Shown: positions 51,211 to 61,643 of the stretch, in pieces | Layout: every line of letters starts with the position of its first letter | Position numbering within the stretch: the first letter of the stretch is position 1 | Assembly: GCA_963846555.1 (NCBI GenBank) | Contig: CAWJWI010000004.1 | Coordinates: forward strand, 902,371-966,370 | From: an uncultured Microthrixaceae bacterium | GTDB taxonomy: Bacteria > Actinomycetota > Acidimicrobiia > Acidimicrobiales > VFJN01 | Direction: 5' to 3' | Length of the DNA stretch: 64,000 bases | The notes under the pieces: generated by a model | The model's input: the letters and a program-made list of their open reading frames with translations, nothing else | Database searches by the model: none | What the model was told of the DNA's origin: nothing | Made by a program: the position numbers and the translations under genes

Positions 51211-52770
51211 ATGGCCCGCATCCTCGTGACCGAGAAGATCGCCGACGGCGGGCTGGACCGCCTGCGGGCGGCCGGCCACGAGGTCGACCTGCAGGTCGAC
51301 CTCACCCCTGAGGGGCTGCTCGACGCCGTCGTGGGCGCCCACGCCCTCATCATCAGGTCGGCCACCACGGTCACCTCGGACGTGCTGGCCGCCGGCCGGG
51401 ACCTCGTGGTCGTGGGTCGGGCCGGGATCGGCCTCGACAACGTGGACACCGACGCGGCCACGGCCCAGGGCGTGATGGTGGTCAACGCCCCCCAGTCGAA
51501 CATCCTCACCACGGCCGAGCACACGATGGCCATGCTCCTGGCCCAGGCCCGCAACATCCCCCAGGCCCACGCTGCGCTCACGGCCGGGCGCTGGGAGCGC
51601 TCCAAGTGGGAGGGCGTGGAGCTGGCCGACAAGACGCTCGGCATCGTCGGTCTCGGGCGCATCGGAAAGCTCGTGGCCCAGAGGGCGCTGGCCTTCGGCA
51701 TGAAGGTCGTGGCCCACGACCCCTTCGTCGCACCTGAACGGGCCCGCCAGATCAACGTGGAGCTGCTCACCCTCGACGAGCTGGTGCAGGTGTCGGACTT
51801 CCTCACCCTCCACGTCGTGAAGACGCCCGAGACGCTCGGCATGGTGGGCAAGGACCTGCTGGCCAAGGCCAAGCCGAACCTGCGCATCGTCAACGTCTCC
51901 CGTGGTGGGGTGATCGACGAAGCCGCCCTGGCCGAGGCCATCAGCGCAGGACGGATCGCAGGTGCGGCGATCGACGTGTTCGCGTCCGAGCCCACCATCG
52001 ACTCGCCGCTGTTCTCCCTTCCGCAGGTCGTCGTCACCCCTCACCTCGGGGCGAGCACCGCCGAGGCCCAGGACAAGGCGGGCGACACGATCGCCGAGCA
52101 GGTCGGCCTGGCGCTGGCCGGCGAGTTCGTGCCCTTCGCCGTGAACGTCAGCGCAGCGGAGGCTTCGAGCACCGTCCGACCCTTCCTGCCCCTCGCCGAG
52201 CGGCTGGGCCAGCTCTACGCCGCCCTCGCCGCGTCGGTGCCAGACGCCCTCGAGGTCGGCTACCAGGGGCAGCTGGCCGACTCCGACACCCGGATCCTCA
52301 CCCTGTCCGTGCTCAAGGGCGTGTTCGGGCGGGTCAGCGACGAGCCGGTGAGCTACGTCAACGCCCCCCGGTTGGCCGAGGAGCGCGGCGTCGAGGTCCG
52401 CGAGTCCTCGAGCGCCACCTCGCACGAGTACGTCAACCTCATCACCCTCCGGGGCGGCGACCACGCCATCGGCGGCACGCTCGTCGGCCTGCGAGGCGAG
52501 GCCCGCATCGTGATGGTCGACGACCACTCCGTGGACGTGCCCCCCGCCGACCACATGCTCGTGGTCCGCAACGACGACGTGCCGGGCATGATCGCAGCGG
52601 TCACCGGCGTGCTCGGCGATGCCGGGATCAACATCGACGACATGCACCTCGGTCGCTCAGCCGAGGGGGCGGCCGCCCTGATGATCCTGGCCACCGACGT
52701 GGAGGCTCCCGACGCAGTGCAGACCGCCATCCGGGCCGTCCCCGGCGTGGTCAGCGTGGCGGTGCTGTAG
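51211..52770 (+). CDS. serA: D-3-phosphoglycerate dehydrogenase (long form with ASB and ACT domains)
   Basis: MARILVTEKIADGGLDRL...GIVGLGRIGKLVAQRA...VSRGGVIDE. Confidence 0.95.
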   Translation: MARILVTEKIADGGLDRLRAAGHEVDLQVDLTPEGLLDAVVGAHALIIRSATTVTSDVLAAGRDLVVVGRAGIGLDNVDTDAATAQGVMVVNAPQSNILTTAEHTMAMLLAQARNIPQAHAALTAGRWERSKWEGVELADKTLGIVGLGRIGKLVAQRALAFGMKVVAHDPFVAPERARQINVELLTLDELVQVSDFLTLHVVKTPETLGMVGKDLLAKAKPNLRIVNVSRGGVIDEAALAEAISAGRIAGAAIDVFASEPTIDSPLFSLPQVVVTPHLGASTAEAQDKAGDTIAEQVGLALAGEFVPFAVNVSAAEASSTVRPFLPLAERLGQLYAALAASVPDALEVGYQGQLADSDTRILTLSVLKGVFGRVSDEPVSYVNAPRLAEERGVEVRESSSATSHEYVNLITLRGGDHAIGGTLVGLRGEARIVMVDDHSVDVPPADHMLVVRNDDVPGMIAAVTGVLGDAGINIDDMHLGRSAEGAAALMILATDVEAPDAVQTAIRAVPGVVSVAVL

Positions 52771-52773
52771 GGG

Positions 52774-53232
52774 TCACCGCTTGGCGGGCCGCAGGCCGTC
52801 GGCCTCGGCTGCGGAAGGGTCGCGGTAGCAGCGGTCGGGGTTCGTGCGCTCGTAGTTGAGCATCCCCGGCAGGTGGAAGATCTTCGAGCTGAGCTTGGCC
52901 TTGACCGGGTGGCTGGTGGGGCACACCCCGCCCTGAGACTCGACCCACGGGGCGGTGAGGGGCTTCTTCTTGGCTGGCGCCTTCTTGGCCTTGGCCACCA
53001 CCGCCTCGGTGACGACGGGGGCGACGGGGGAGGGGGCGACGGGATCGGGCACGAGGGCCACTGCCGGCGGGGCCGGCACGGCGGGGTCGGTGCGCAGACG
53101 GGGCCACGGCTCGTCTGAGGGCCGCGCGTCCGTGGTGGCAGGCGACCGGCCGCCGAACAGCTTCACGAGGGCGAAGCCCAGGCCGGCGAGCAGACCCAGC
53201 GTCAACCCCACTCGAAACGATCGTCTGATCAC
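52774..53232 (-). CDS. Membrane-anchored protein with C-terminal sunset-like domain
   Basis: N-terminal TM, a Pro/Ala/Lys-rich linker, then CPTSHPVKAKLSSKIFHLPGMLNYERTNPDRCY. The family name is from memory. Confidence 0.5.
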   Translation of the reverse strand: MIRRSFRVGLTLGLLAGLGFALVKLFGGRSPATTDARPSDEPWPRLRTDPAVPAPPAVALVPDPVAPSPVAPVVTEAVVAKAKKAPAKKKPLTAPWVESQGGVCPTSHPVKAKLSSKIFHLPGMLNYERTNPDRCYRDPSAAEADGLRPAKR

Positions 53233-53291
53233 GAATCGGACACTACCCGGCGGCTTGACGGTCGTCAGCCGGGGCGGGAAGATGGCCGGGC

Positions 53292-53333
53292 ATGACTCGG
53301 TCCTTCCCCTCCGACCTCCTGCTCCTTATGTAG
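53292..53333 (+). CDS. Putative leuA leader peptide MTRSFPSDLLLLM
   Basis: A 13-codon ORF with four consecutive Leu codons (CTC CTG CTC CTT). It lies 97 nt upstream of leuA, and a terminator follows. Confidence 0.6.
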   Translation: MTRSFPSDLLLLM

Positions 53334-55142
<1,809 letters not shown>

Positions 55143-55153
55143 AGTCTGCCGCC

Positions 55154-55987
55154 ATGCGCCGTCGTCTCGCCCTCTCCTCGTTCGTGCTGTTCGCCCTCCT
55201 CGGAGCTGCCGCATGCGGTGACGACGATGGCGGCGGCGGAGGAGGAGGAGGTCTCTCTGCGGAGGAGCAGGAGTTCGCCGACGGCTGGGCTGCGACGCTC
55301 TCCGATGACGAGGGCGACGACGACGGCTTCAGCTTCCCCGAGGACGACGCCCAGTGCATGGGCGAGGCGATCATGGCCGAGATCGGCACCGAGCCCTTCG
55401 ACGAGGCCGGCGTCGAGCCCGGCGACCTCGACAAGGAGGGAGACGACGACAGCCCCGGCGAGCTGCTCGGCGCAGGCGCGATCACCGATGAGCAGGCCGA
55501 CGCCATCCTCGATGCGTGGGACGGCTGCACCGACCTCAACGGGGCCTTCATCGACGTCGTGGCCGCGGACAGCGACCTGGACGACGCCGCCCGCGAGTGC
55601 CTGGCCGAGGGCCTCGAGGAGGACGACCTCGTCCACGCCGGGTTCCGGGCCTCGCTGACCCAGGACGAAGCAGACCCGCCGGAGGAGGTCATCGCGGCCA
55701 TCGTGTCGCTGATGAGCTCCTGTGGGGGCGACGGCGCCGGCACCGGTGGCCCGATCGTCGACAGCATCGCCGAGTCGCTGGCCGCTGACGGGCGCCTCAC
55801 CGAGGAGCAGTCGCAGTGCATGGCTCAGGAGATGGTGGACGCCATCGGGATGGACCGGATGGTCGAGCTCGGCCTGGCCGGCGGCGAGTTCGAGGACGCT
55901 GACCCCGAGATCCAGCAGGAGATGGCCGGAGCAGTGCTCGGAGCGGCCGAGGCCTGTGACGTGCCGATCAGCACCCTCGGCGGGTAG
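55154..55987 (+). CDS. Acidic Cys-containing lipoprotein, unknown function
   Basis: Lipobox LLGAAAC and a Gly run. It contains repeated E-E-Q-x-x-C-M-x-x-x-M/I-x-x-I-G-like modules and is very Asp/Glu-rich. Confidence 0.6.
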   Translation: MRRRLALSSFVLFALLGAAACGDDDGGGGGGGGLSAEEQEFADGWAATLSDDEGDDDGFSFPEDDAQCMGEAIMAEIGTEPFDEAGVEPGDLDKEGDDDSPGELLGAGAITDEQADAILDAWDGCTDLNGAFIDVVAADSDLDDAARECLAEGLEEDDLVHAGFRASLTQDEADPPEEVIAAIVSLMSSCGGDGAGTGGPIVDSIAESLAADGRLTEEQSQCMAQEMVDAIGMDRMVELGLAGGEFEDADPEIQQEMAGAVLGAAEACDVPISTLGG

Positions 55988-56002
55988 CGCTCGAACGTCC
56001 TC

Positions 56003-57478
56003 ATGACGAGACGCATCGGCTGGCTCGGCGCGGCCGTGGTGGCCGTCGTCGCCGCCGCGGGGGCGGCCCTGTGGCTGGCCGCCGATGACGACGGCGCAGC
56101 CAGCTCGGTCGCCACCAGCAGCACGACCACGACCGCCCTGACCACGACCACCGCTCCCCTCGGCGGGGCGGGCGATCGCGGTGTCGGGGACCCCTACTTC
56201 CCGGGCCTGGGCAACGGCGGCTACGACGTGTCCCACTACCGCCTGCAGCTCGAGTGGCGGGCCGACGAGGGCGCCATCGCCGGCACCACGACGATCCAGG
56301 CCGTGGCTGAGCAGGACCTGAGCCGGTTCAACCTCGACCTGGCCGGCCTGACGGTGTCGTCGGTCGCCGTCGACGGCCGGCCAGCGGAGTTCGAGCACGT
56401 CGAGCGCGAGCTCCAGATCACCCCTGCGTCCGTCCTACCCGAGGGTGAGGCGTTCAGCGCAGTCGTCACCTACAGCGGCACCCCCCGTCCCATCCCCGAG
56501 GGCACGGACCTCTTCGACGTGGGCTGGCAGACCGACGGGCGCGAGGCCTTCGTCGTGTCGGAGCCCGCCGGTGCCGCGACCTTCTTCCCGGTCAACGACC
56601 ACCCGACAGACAAGGCGTCGTACACGTTCGAGATCACGGCTCCGGTCGACCAGGTCGTCGTGGCCAACGGCCTCCTCGTCGGCGAGCCTGCCTCCGCGCA
56701 AGCGGGTGCCACCCGGATCTGGACGTACGACGCGCCCTCGGCGATGGCCAGCTATCTCGTGCAGATCGCCATCGGCGACTACGAGCTGGTGGACGCCGGG
56801 ACCTTCGAGGGCGTCCGCATCCGCCACGCCTTCTCCCGCCGGCTGGCGGCGGCGGCCCGGATCACGACCGAGCGGACGGCGGAGATGATCGACGTGCTCG
56901 ACGACATCTTCGGGCCCTACCCGTTCGAGGCCTACGGCGTCCTGGCCGTGGACGAGGACCTGGGCTTCGCGCTGGAGACGCAGACCCTCACGATCATCGG
57001 CAGCGACATCGCGGGCGGGGGCCGGGACTCAGACCAGATCCTCCTGCACGAGCTGGCCCACCAGTGGGTCGGCAACGCCGTCGGTCCGGCCACGTGGAAG
57101 GACGTCTGGCTCAACGAGGGGTTCGCCACCTACAGCGAGTGGCTGTGGCTGGAGCGCACCGGGCGGGCCACGGCGGCCTCGCTGGCTCGCTCCGCGGCGG
57201 GGGCGGGCGGCCTCGACCGGCCGCCGGGCGACCCCGGCCCCCAGGAGCTGTTCCAGACCACGGTGTACCTGCGCGGCGGCATGGCCCTGCAGGCCCTGCG
57301 GGAGGCGATCGGCGACGACGACTTCTTCGCCGTCCTGCGAGCCTGGGTGGACGAGCACGGTGGCGCCACCGCGTCCACCGCCGACCTCGTCGCCCTGGCC
57401 GAGCGGATCAGCGGCGACGACCTGGACGCCCTGTTCGAGGCCTGGCTCTACGCGGACCAGCTCCCGACCCTGGGTTGA
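56003..57478 (+). CDS. M1-family zinc aminopeptidase (secreted or membrane-anchored)
   Basis: HELAHQWVGN (HExxH) plus WLNEGFATY, with an N-terminal TM/signal. Confidence 0.85.
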   Translation: MTRRIGWLGAAVVAVVAAAGAALWLAADDDGAASSVATSSTTTTALTTTTAPLGGAGDRGVGDPYFPGLGNGGYDVSHYRLQLEWRADEGAIAGTTTIQAVAEQDLSRFNLDLAGLTVSSVAVDGRPAEFEHVERELQITPASVLPEGEAFSAVVTYSGTPRPIPEGTDLFDVGWQTDGREAFVVSEPAGAATFFPVNDHPTDKASYTFEITAPVDQVVVANGLLVGEPASAQAGATRIWTYDAPSAMASYLVQIAIGDYELVDAGTFEGVRIRHAFSRRLAAAARITTERTAEMIDVLDDIFGPYPFEAYGVLAVDEDLGFALETQTLTIIGSDIAGGGRDSDQILLHELAHQWVGNAVGPATWKDVWLNEGFATYSEWLWLERTGRATAASLARSAAGAGGLDRPPGDPGPQELFQTTVYLRGGMALQALREAIGDDDFFAVLRAWVDEHGGATASTADLVALAERISGDDLDALFEAWLYADQLPTLG

Positions 57479-57483
57479 CGGCT

Positions 57484-57528
57484 TCTGTGCGCACGGAGCA
57501 CCGCCATGCGGTGCTGCCTGCGCACAGA
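57484..57528. repeat. Palindromic intergenic element, family A
   Basis: TCTGTGCGCACGGAGCACCGC-CAT-GCGGTGCTGCCTGCGCACAGA, with 19 of 21 arm positions paired. It lies between the aminopeptidase stop and the convergent leuD stop. Confidence 0.85.
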
Positions 57529-57539
57529 TCTTGGGAGAT

Positions 57540-58124
57540 CTACGACAGCCAGGCCGGGCGCTCGGCCTCGAAGGTGGTGATGAGGCCCTCGGTGCGGAGC
57601 GTGATGCCGATGTCGTCGAGGCCCTCGAGGAACCGCTCCCGGGTGGAGTCCTCGAGCGGGAAGTCGATCTCCAGCCCGATGGAGGGGGCGGACAGGGTGC
57701 GCCGGTCGACGTCGACGACGAGCTCGAGGCTGGGGTCGGCCTCGACGGCAGCGAGGAGCTGGGCGCCCACCTCCGGGGAGACCTGCACCGGGACGAGACC
57801 GTTCTTCGTGCAGTTGTTGCGGAAGATGTCCGCGAACCGGGGGCTGATCACAGCCGCGAAGCCGTAGTCCATGATCGCCCAGACAGCGTGCTCCCGGCTG
57901 GAGCCGGTGCCGAAGTTGGGGCCACCGATGAGGATGTTGGCCCCCGCGAAGCGCTCGTCGTTGAGGACGAACGACCGGTCGTCGCGCCACGACGAGAAGA
58001 GGCCCTTGCCGAACCCGGTGCGCTCGACCCGCTTGAGCCACTCGGCCGGGATGATCTGGTCGGTGTCGACGTCGGAGCGGTCGAGGGGCACCGCTGTGCC
58101 CTGCACGATGTGGACGGGGTTCAC
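57540..58124 (-). CDS. leuD: 3-isopropylmalate dehydratase small subunit
   Basis: VPLDRSDVDTDQIIPAEWLKRVERTGFG...GPNFGTGSSREHAVWA. The start is a GTG. Confidence 0.95.
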   Translation of the reverse strand: MNPVHIVQGTAVPLDRSDVDTDQIIPAEWLKRVERTGFGKGLFSSWRDDRSFVLNDERFAGANILIGGPNFGTGSSREHAVWAIMDYGFAAVISPRFADIFRNNCTKNGLVPVQVSPEVGAQLLAAVEADPSLELVVDVDRRTLSAPSIGLEIDFPLEDSTRERFLEGLDDIGITLRTEGLITTFEAERPAWLS

Positions 58125-58230
58125 GCTGGATCCTCTCGGAGGGTCGACAACAGGCCGAAGGCGATCCGGCTTGCCGGTCGCCGGGAGGCACCTGCGGAGG
58201 CAGGAGCGCCAGCGACGCCCGGAGCAGGCA

Positions 58231-59631
58231 TCAAGACAGATCCTCCGGGAGGGCGAAGTGGCCGGCGACGGCGGTGGCCGCGGCCACGGCGGGGGACACG
58301 AGGTGCGTGCGGCCGCCCCGTCCTTGCCGGCCCTCGAAGTTGCGGTTGCTGGTGGAGGCCGACCGCTCGCCGGGCGCCAGCTTGTCGGGGTTCATGGCCA
58401 GGCACATCGAGCAGCCCGGCTCCCGCCAGTCGAACCCGGCCTCGATGAAGACCTTGTCGAGCCCTTCGGCCTCGGCTTGGCGCTTCACGGCGAAGGAGCC
58501 CGGCACGACGAGCGTGCGCACGCCGTCGCGAACTCTGCGGCCCGACGCCACGGCCGCGGCGGCCCGCAGGTCCTCGATGCGCGAGTTCGTGCACGAACCG
58601 ATGAAGACGGTGTCCACGGGGACGTCGCGCACGGGGGTGCCGGCGGTCAGGCCCATGTACTCGAGGGCCCGCGCCGCGCTCTCGCGCTCGTTGGGGTCGG
58701 CGAAGTCCTCGGGCGAGGGGATGGTGCCCGAGAGGGGCACGACCTGGGCCGGGTTCGTGCCCCAGGACACGTGAGGGACGATGTCGGCCGCGTCGAGGAG
58801 CACCTCCTTGTCGAAGGTGGCATCAGGATCGGTGGTCAGGCTGCGCCATTCCTCCAGTGCCGCCTCCCACTCGGCGCCCTTGGGGGCGTGGGTGCGGCCC
58901 TCGAGGTAGGCGAAGGTGACCTCGTCGGGTGCGATCAGGCCCGCCTTGGCGCCGGCCTCGATCGACATGTTGCAGATCGTCATGCGGCCCTCCATGGAGA
59001 GGCCGGTGATGGCGCTGCCGCGGTACTCGATGATCGAGCCGATGCCGCCGCCGGTGCCGATGCGCCCGATGATGGCGAGGATGACGTCCTTGGCGGTGGC
59101 GCCCGGCGGCAGCTCCCCCTCGACGGTCACGGCCATCGTGCCGGGCCGCACCTGGGGGAGGGTCTGGGTGGCGAGCACGTGCTCGACCTCGCTCGTGCCG
59201 ATGCCGAAGGCCAGGGCCCCGAAGGCGCCGTGGGTGGACGTGTGGCTGTCGCCGCACACGATCGTCATGCCGGGCAGGGTGCGGCCCTGCTCGGGGCCGA
59301 TGACGTGGACGATGCCCTGGTTGGGGTCGCCCATGCCGTAGTGGGTGATGCCGAACTCGGCGGTGTTGGTCCGGAGCACCTCGAGCTGCTTGGCCGAGAT
59401 GGGATCGGCCACCGGCTGGTCGATGTCCTCCGTGGGCACGTTGTGGTCGGCCGTCGCGACAGTGAGGTCAGGACGGCGCACCTGGCGGCCGGCCAAGCGG
59501 ATCCCGTCGAAGGCCTGCGGGCTGGTGACCTCGTGGACGAGGTGGAGATCGATGTAGAGCAGGTCGGGCTCGCCGGGCGCGCTGCGCACCACGTGCCGGT
59601 CCCAGACCTTCTCGGAGAGCGTCTTCGCCAT
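58231..59631 (-). CDS. leuC: 3-isopropylmalate dehydratase large subunit
   Basis: [15 protein letters not shown]...[17 protein letters not shown]...CGDSHT...[11 protein letters not shown]...CSMCLAMN. Confidence 0.95.
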   Translation of the reverse strand: MAKTLSEKVWDRHVVRSAPGEPDLLYIDLHLVHEVTSPQAFDGIRLAGRQVRRPDLTVATADHNVPTEDIDQPVADPISAKQLEVLRTNTAEFGITHYGMGDPNQGIVHVIGPEQGRTLPGMTIVCGDSHTSTHGAFGALAFGIGTSEVEHVLATQTLPQVRPGTMAVTVEGELPPGATAKDVILAIIGRIGTGGGIGSIIEYRGSAITGLSMEGRMTICNMSIEAGAKAGLIAPDEVTFAYLEGRTHAPKGAEWEAALEEWRSLTTDPDATFDKEVLLDAADIVPHVSWGTNPAQVVPLSGTIPSPEDFADPNERESAARALEYMGLTAGTPVRDVPVDTVFIGSCTNSRIEDLRAAAAVASGRRVRDGVRTLVVPGSFAVKRQAEAEGLDKVFIEAGFDWREPGCSMCLAMNPDKLAPGERSASTSNRNFEGRQGRGGRTHLVSPAVAAATAVAGHFALPEDLS

Positions 59632-59670
59632 GCCCCATCTTCCCAGAGGCACCCCGGCGGGCACCAAGCG

Positions 59671-60048
59671 TCAGGCGTCGAGCTGCTTCACGAGCGTCTT
59701 GGGGGCCACCTTGCGGTAGCTGTCCTCCAGGATGCCGGCCACCTCGTCCCAGTCGACCTCACGGTCGAGGCGCACACCGAGCCAGCCTGACGGGCCGACG
59801 TAGGGCGGGCGGAAGAAGCGGTCCGGCTCGAGGGACACCATCTCCTCCTGCACGCCCGGCAGGGCCGGGCACCAGATCCCGAGGATGCCGTCGCCGTGGT
59901 GATCGTCCACGAACATGGCGATCGTCTTCTTCTCTCGCACGAACCAGGCCGGCGAGCCGTGGGACAGCCGCTCGCTCACCTCCGGGAAGGCCAGGCAGAC
60001 CTTCCGCACCTGGGCCAGGGCCCGATCGTGGTCCCGCTTGCTCGCCAT
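59671..60048 (-). CDS. MmcQ/YjbR-family protein
   Basis: VRKVCLAFPEVSERLSHGSPAWFVREKKTIAMF...YVGPSGWLGVRL is typical of the YjbR fold family. Confidence 0.7.
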   Translation of the reverse strand: MASKRDHDRALAQVRKVCLAFPEVSERLSHGSPAWFVREKKTIAMFVDDHHGDGILGIWCPALPGVQEEMVSLEPDRFFRPPYVGPSGWLGVRLDREVDWDEVAGILEDSYRKVAPKTLVKQLDA

Positions 60049-60070
60049 CCCGGCAGTCTCGCGCCGGGCC

Positions 60071-61549
60071 CTACAGGTTGGCGGCCGGCGCGGTCTCGGC
60101 CGCCCGGGCGAGACGGGAGCAGAGGCGCTTGAAGATCAGCGCGTGGAAGGGGATCAGGCTGTACCAGTAGAGCCGCCCCCACAGGCCCCGCGGGTGGAAC
60201 AGCGCGGTCTGGTGGAGGATGGTGCCGCGCTCCCCAGGCTCGATGCGCCACTCGAGCCAGGCGTCGCCAGGAGTCAGCATCTCGGCCCGCAGCCGAACGA
60301 GGGTGGGCTCGTCGACCGCCTCCACCCGCCAGAAGTCGAGCGCTTCGCCCACCTGCAGGTCGTCGGGATGACGGCGGCCCCGACGCATGCCGACCCCTCC
60401 GAGCAGCACGTCGATCGACCCGCGGATCGACCACAGGCGTTCGGCGACGTACCAGCCCCGGGCGCCGCCGATCCCGGTGACGGTGGCGAAGAGCTGGGCC
60501 GGAGTGGCCGAGGACCGGGCGCTCTGAGCGTCCGAGAGCAGCGTGCCGCCGGCCCAGTCAGGGTCGGTTGGCATCGGGTCGGCGGGCGTCCGGCCGGGGA
60601 GGGTGGCATCGGACCACCGAGACGGAACCTCGAGGTCGTCGACCCGGCGGACGGCCAGCTCGAGGGCGGTCCGCAGAGGGAGCGCCGGGTGCGGCATCAC
60701 GTCCTGCACCGAGCGGTCGAGCACGACCACCTCGTTCACGAGGCTCTCGATGAGGGGGCGGGCCAGCCCGAGGGGCAGCGGGGTGACCAGGCCCACCCAG
60801 TGGGAGGAGAGCTTCGGGGTGAGGAACGGCACCCGCACCACGAGGCGCTTGCGGAGCCCGGCCACGTCGGCGTAGGCCCGCATCATGTCCTCGTAGGTGA
60901 CCACCTCGGGGCCGCCGACCTCCAGCACCCGGTCCCGGGCCTCGGGGGTGGAGATGGCCCGGACCAGCCAGTGGAGGATGTCGCGGATCGCCACTGGCTG
61001 GCTGCGGGTCAGCACCCAGCGGGGAGTGATCATCACGGGCAGGACGTCAGTCAGGTTGCGCAGCATCTCGAAGCTGGCGCTCCCCGAGCCGATGATGACC
61101 GCGGCGCGCAGCTCGGTGACCGCCACCCGGCCGGCGGCCAGGACCCGGCCGACCTCGTGGCGGCTGGCCAGGTGTGGTGACAGCTCGGCGTCGTGCTCGT
61201 CGCCGAGGCCGCCCAGGTACACGATCTGCTCGAGGCCGGGGGTGGCGTCGGCGGCGTCGCGGAACGTGGCCGCCGCGTCGCGGTCGCGGGCCGCGAAGTC
61301 CACCGCGCCGCCCATCGAGTGCACGAGGTAGTAGGCGGCTGCTGAGCCCTTCATGGCGGCGCGCACGGCGTCGGCGTCACCCACGTCGCCTGCGGCCACC
61401 TCGACGTCACCCAGCCACGGCTCGCCTGCGAGCTTGGCCGGCGTGCGCACCAGGACCCGCACCCGATGACCGGCGGCGAGCAGCTCGGGCACCAGGCGGC
61501 CGCCGATGTACCCCGTTGCTCCGGTGACGAGGACGAGGCGCTTGGTCAT
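60071..61549 (-). CDS. NAD(P)H-binding SDR-like protein with C-terminal DUF2867-like domain
   Basis: The N-terminus VLVTGATGYIGGRLVPELLAAGHRVRVLVR is a Rossmann motif. The C-terminal half is about 200 aa. The family name is from memory. Confidence 0.7.
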   Translation of the reverse strand: MTKRLVLVTGATGYIGGRLVPELLAAGHRVRVLVRTPAKLAGEPWLGDVEVAAGDVGDADAVRAAMKGSAAAYYLVHSMGGAVDFAARDRDAAATFRDAADATPGLEQIVYLGGLGDEHDAELSPHLASRHEVGRVLAAGRVAVTELRAAVIIGSGSASFEMLRNLTDVLPVMITPRWVLTRSQPVAIRDILHWLVRAISTPEARDRVLEVGGPEVVTYEDMMRAYADVAGLRKRLVVRVPFLTPKLSSHWVGLVTPLPLGLARPLIESLVNEVVVLDRSVQDVMPHPALPLRTALELAVRRVDDLEVPSRWSDATLPGRTPADPMPTDPDWAGGTLLSDAQSARSSATPAQLFATVTGIGGARGWYVAERLWSIRGSIDVLLGGVGMRRGRRHPDDLQVGEALDFWRVEAVDEPTLVRLRAEMLTPGDAWLEWRIEPGERGTILHQTALFHPRGLWGRLYWYSLIPFHALIFKRLCSRLARAAETAPAANL

Positions 61550-61586
61550 GCCCCCCTATACCCGACGGGCGTCACTCGCCACCGCA

Positions 61587-61643
61587 GATCGTTCTCGGGC
61601 GATCTACCGCGCCCGTGCCGGTGTAGATGGCCCGAGAACGATC
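61587..61643. repeat. Palindromic intergenic element, family B
   Basis: GATCGTTCTCGGGCGATCTAC, a 15-nt loop, then GTAGATGGCCCGAGAACGATC (20 of 21 arm positions paired). It overlaps the stop of the reductase gene at 61642. Confidence 0.85.
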
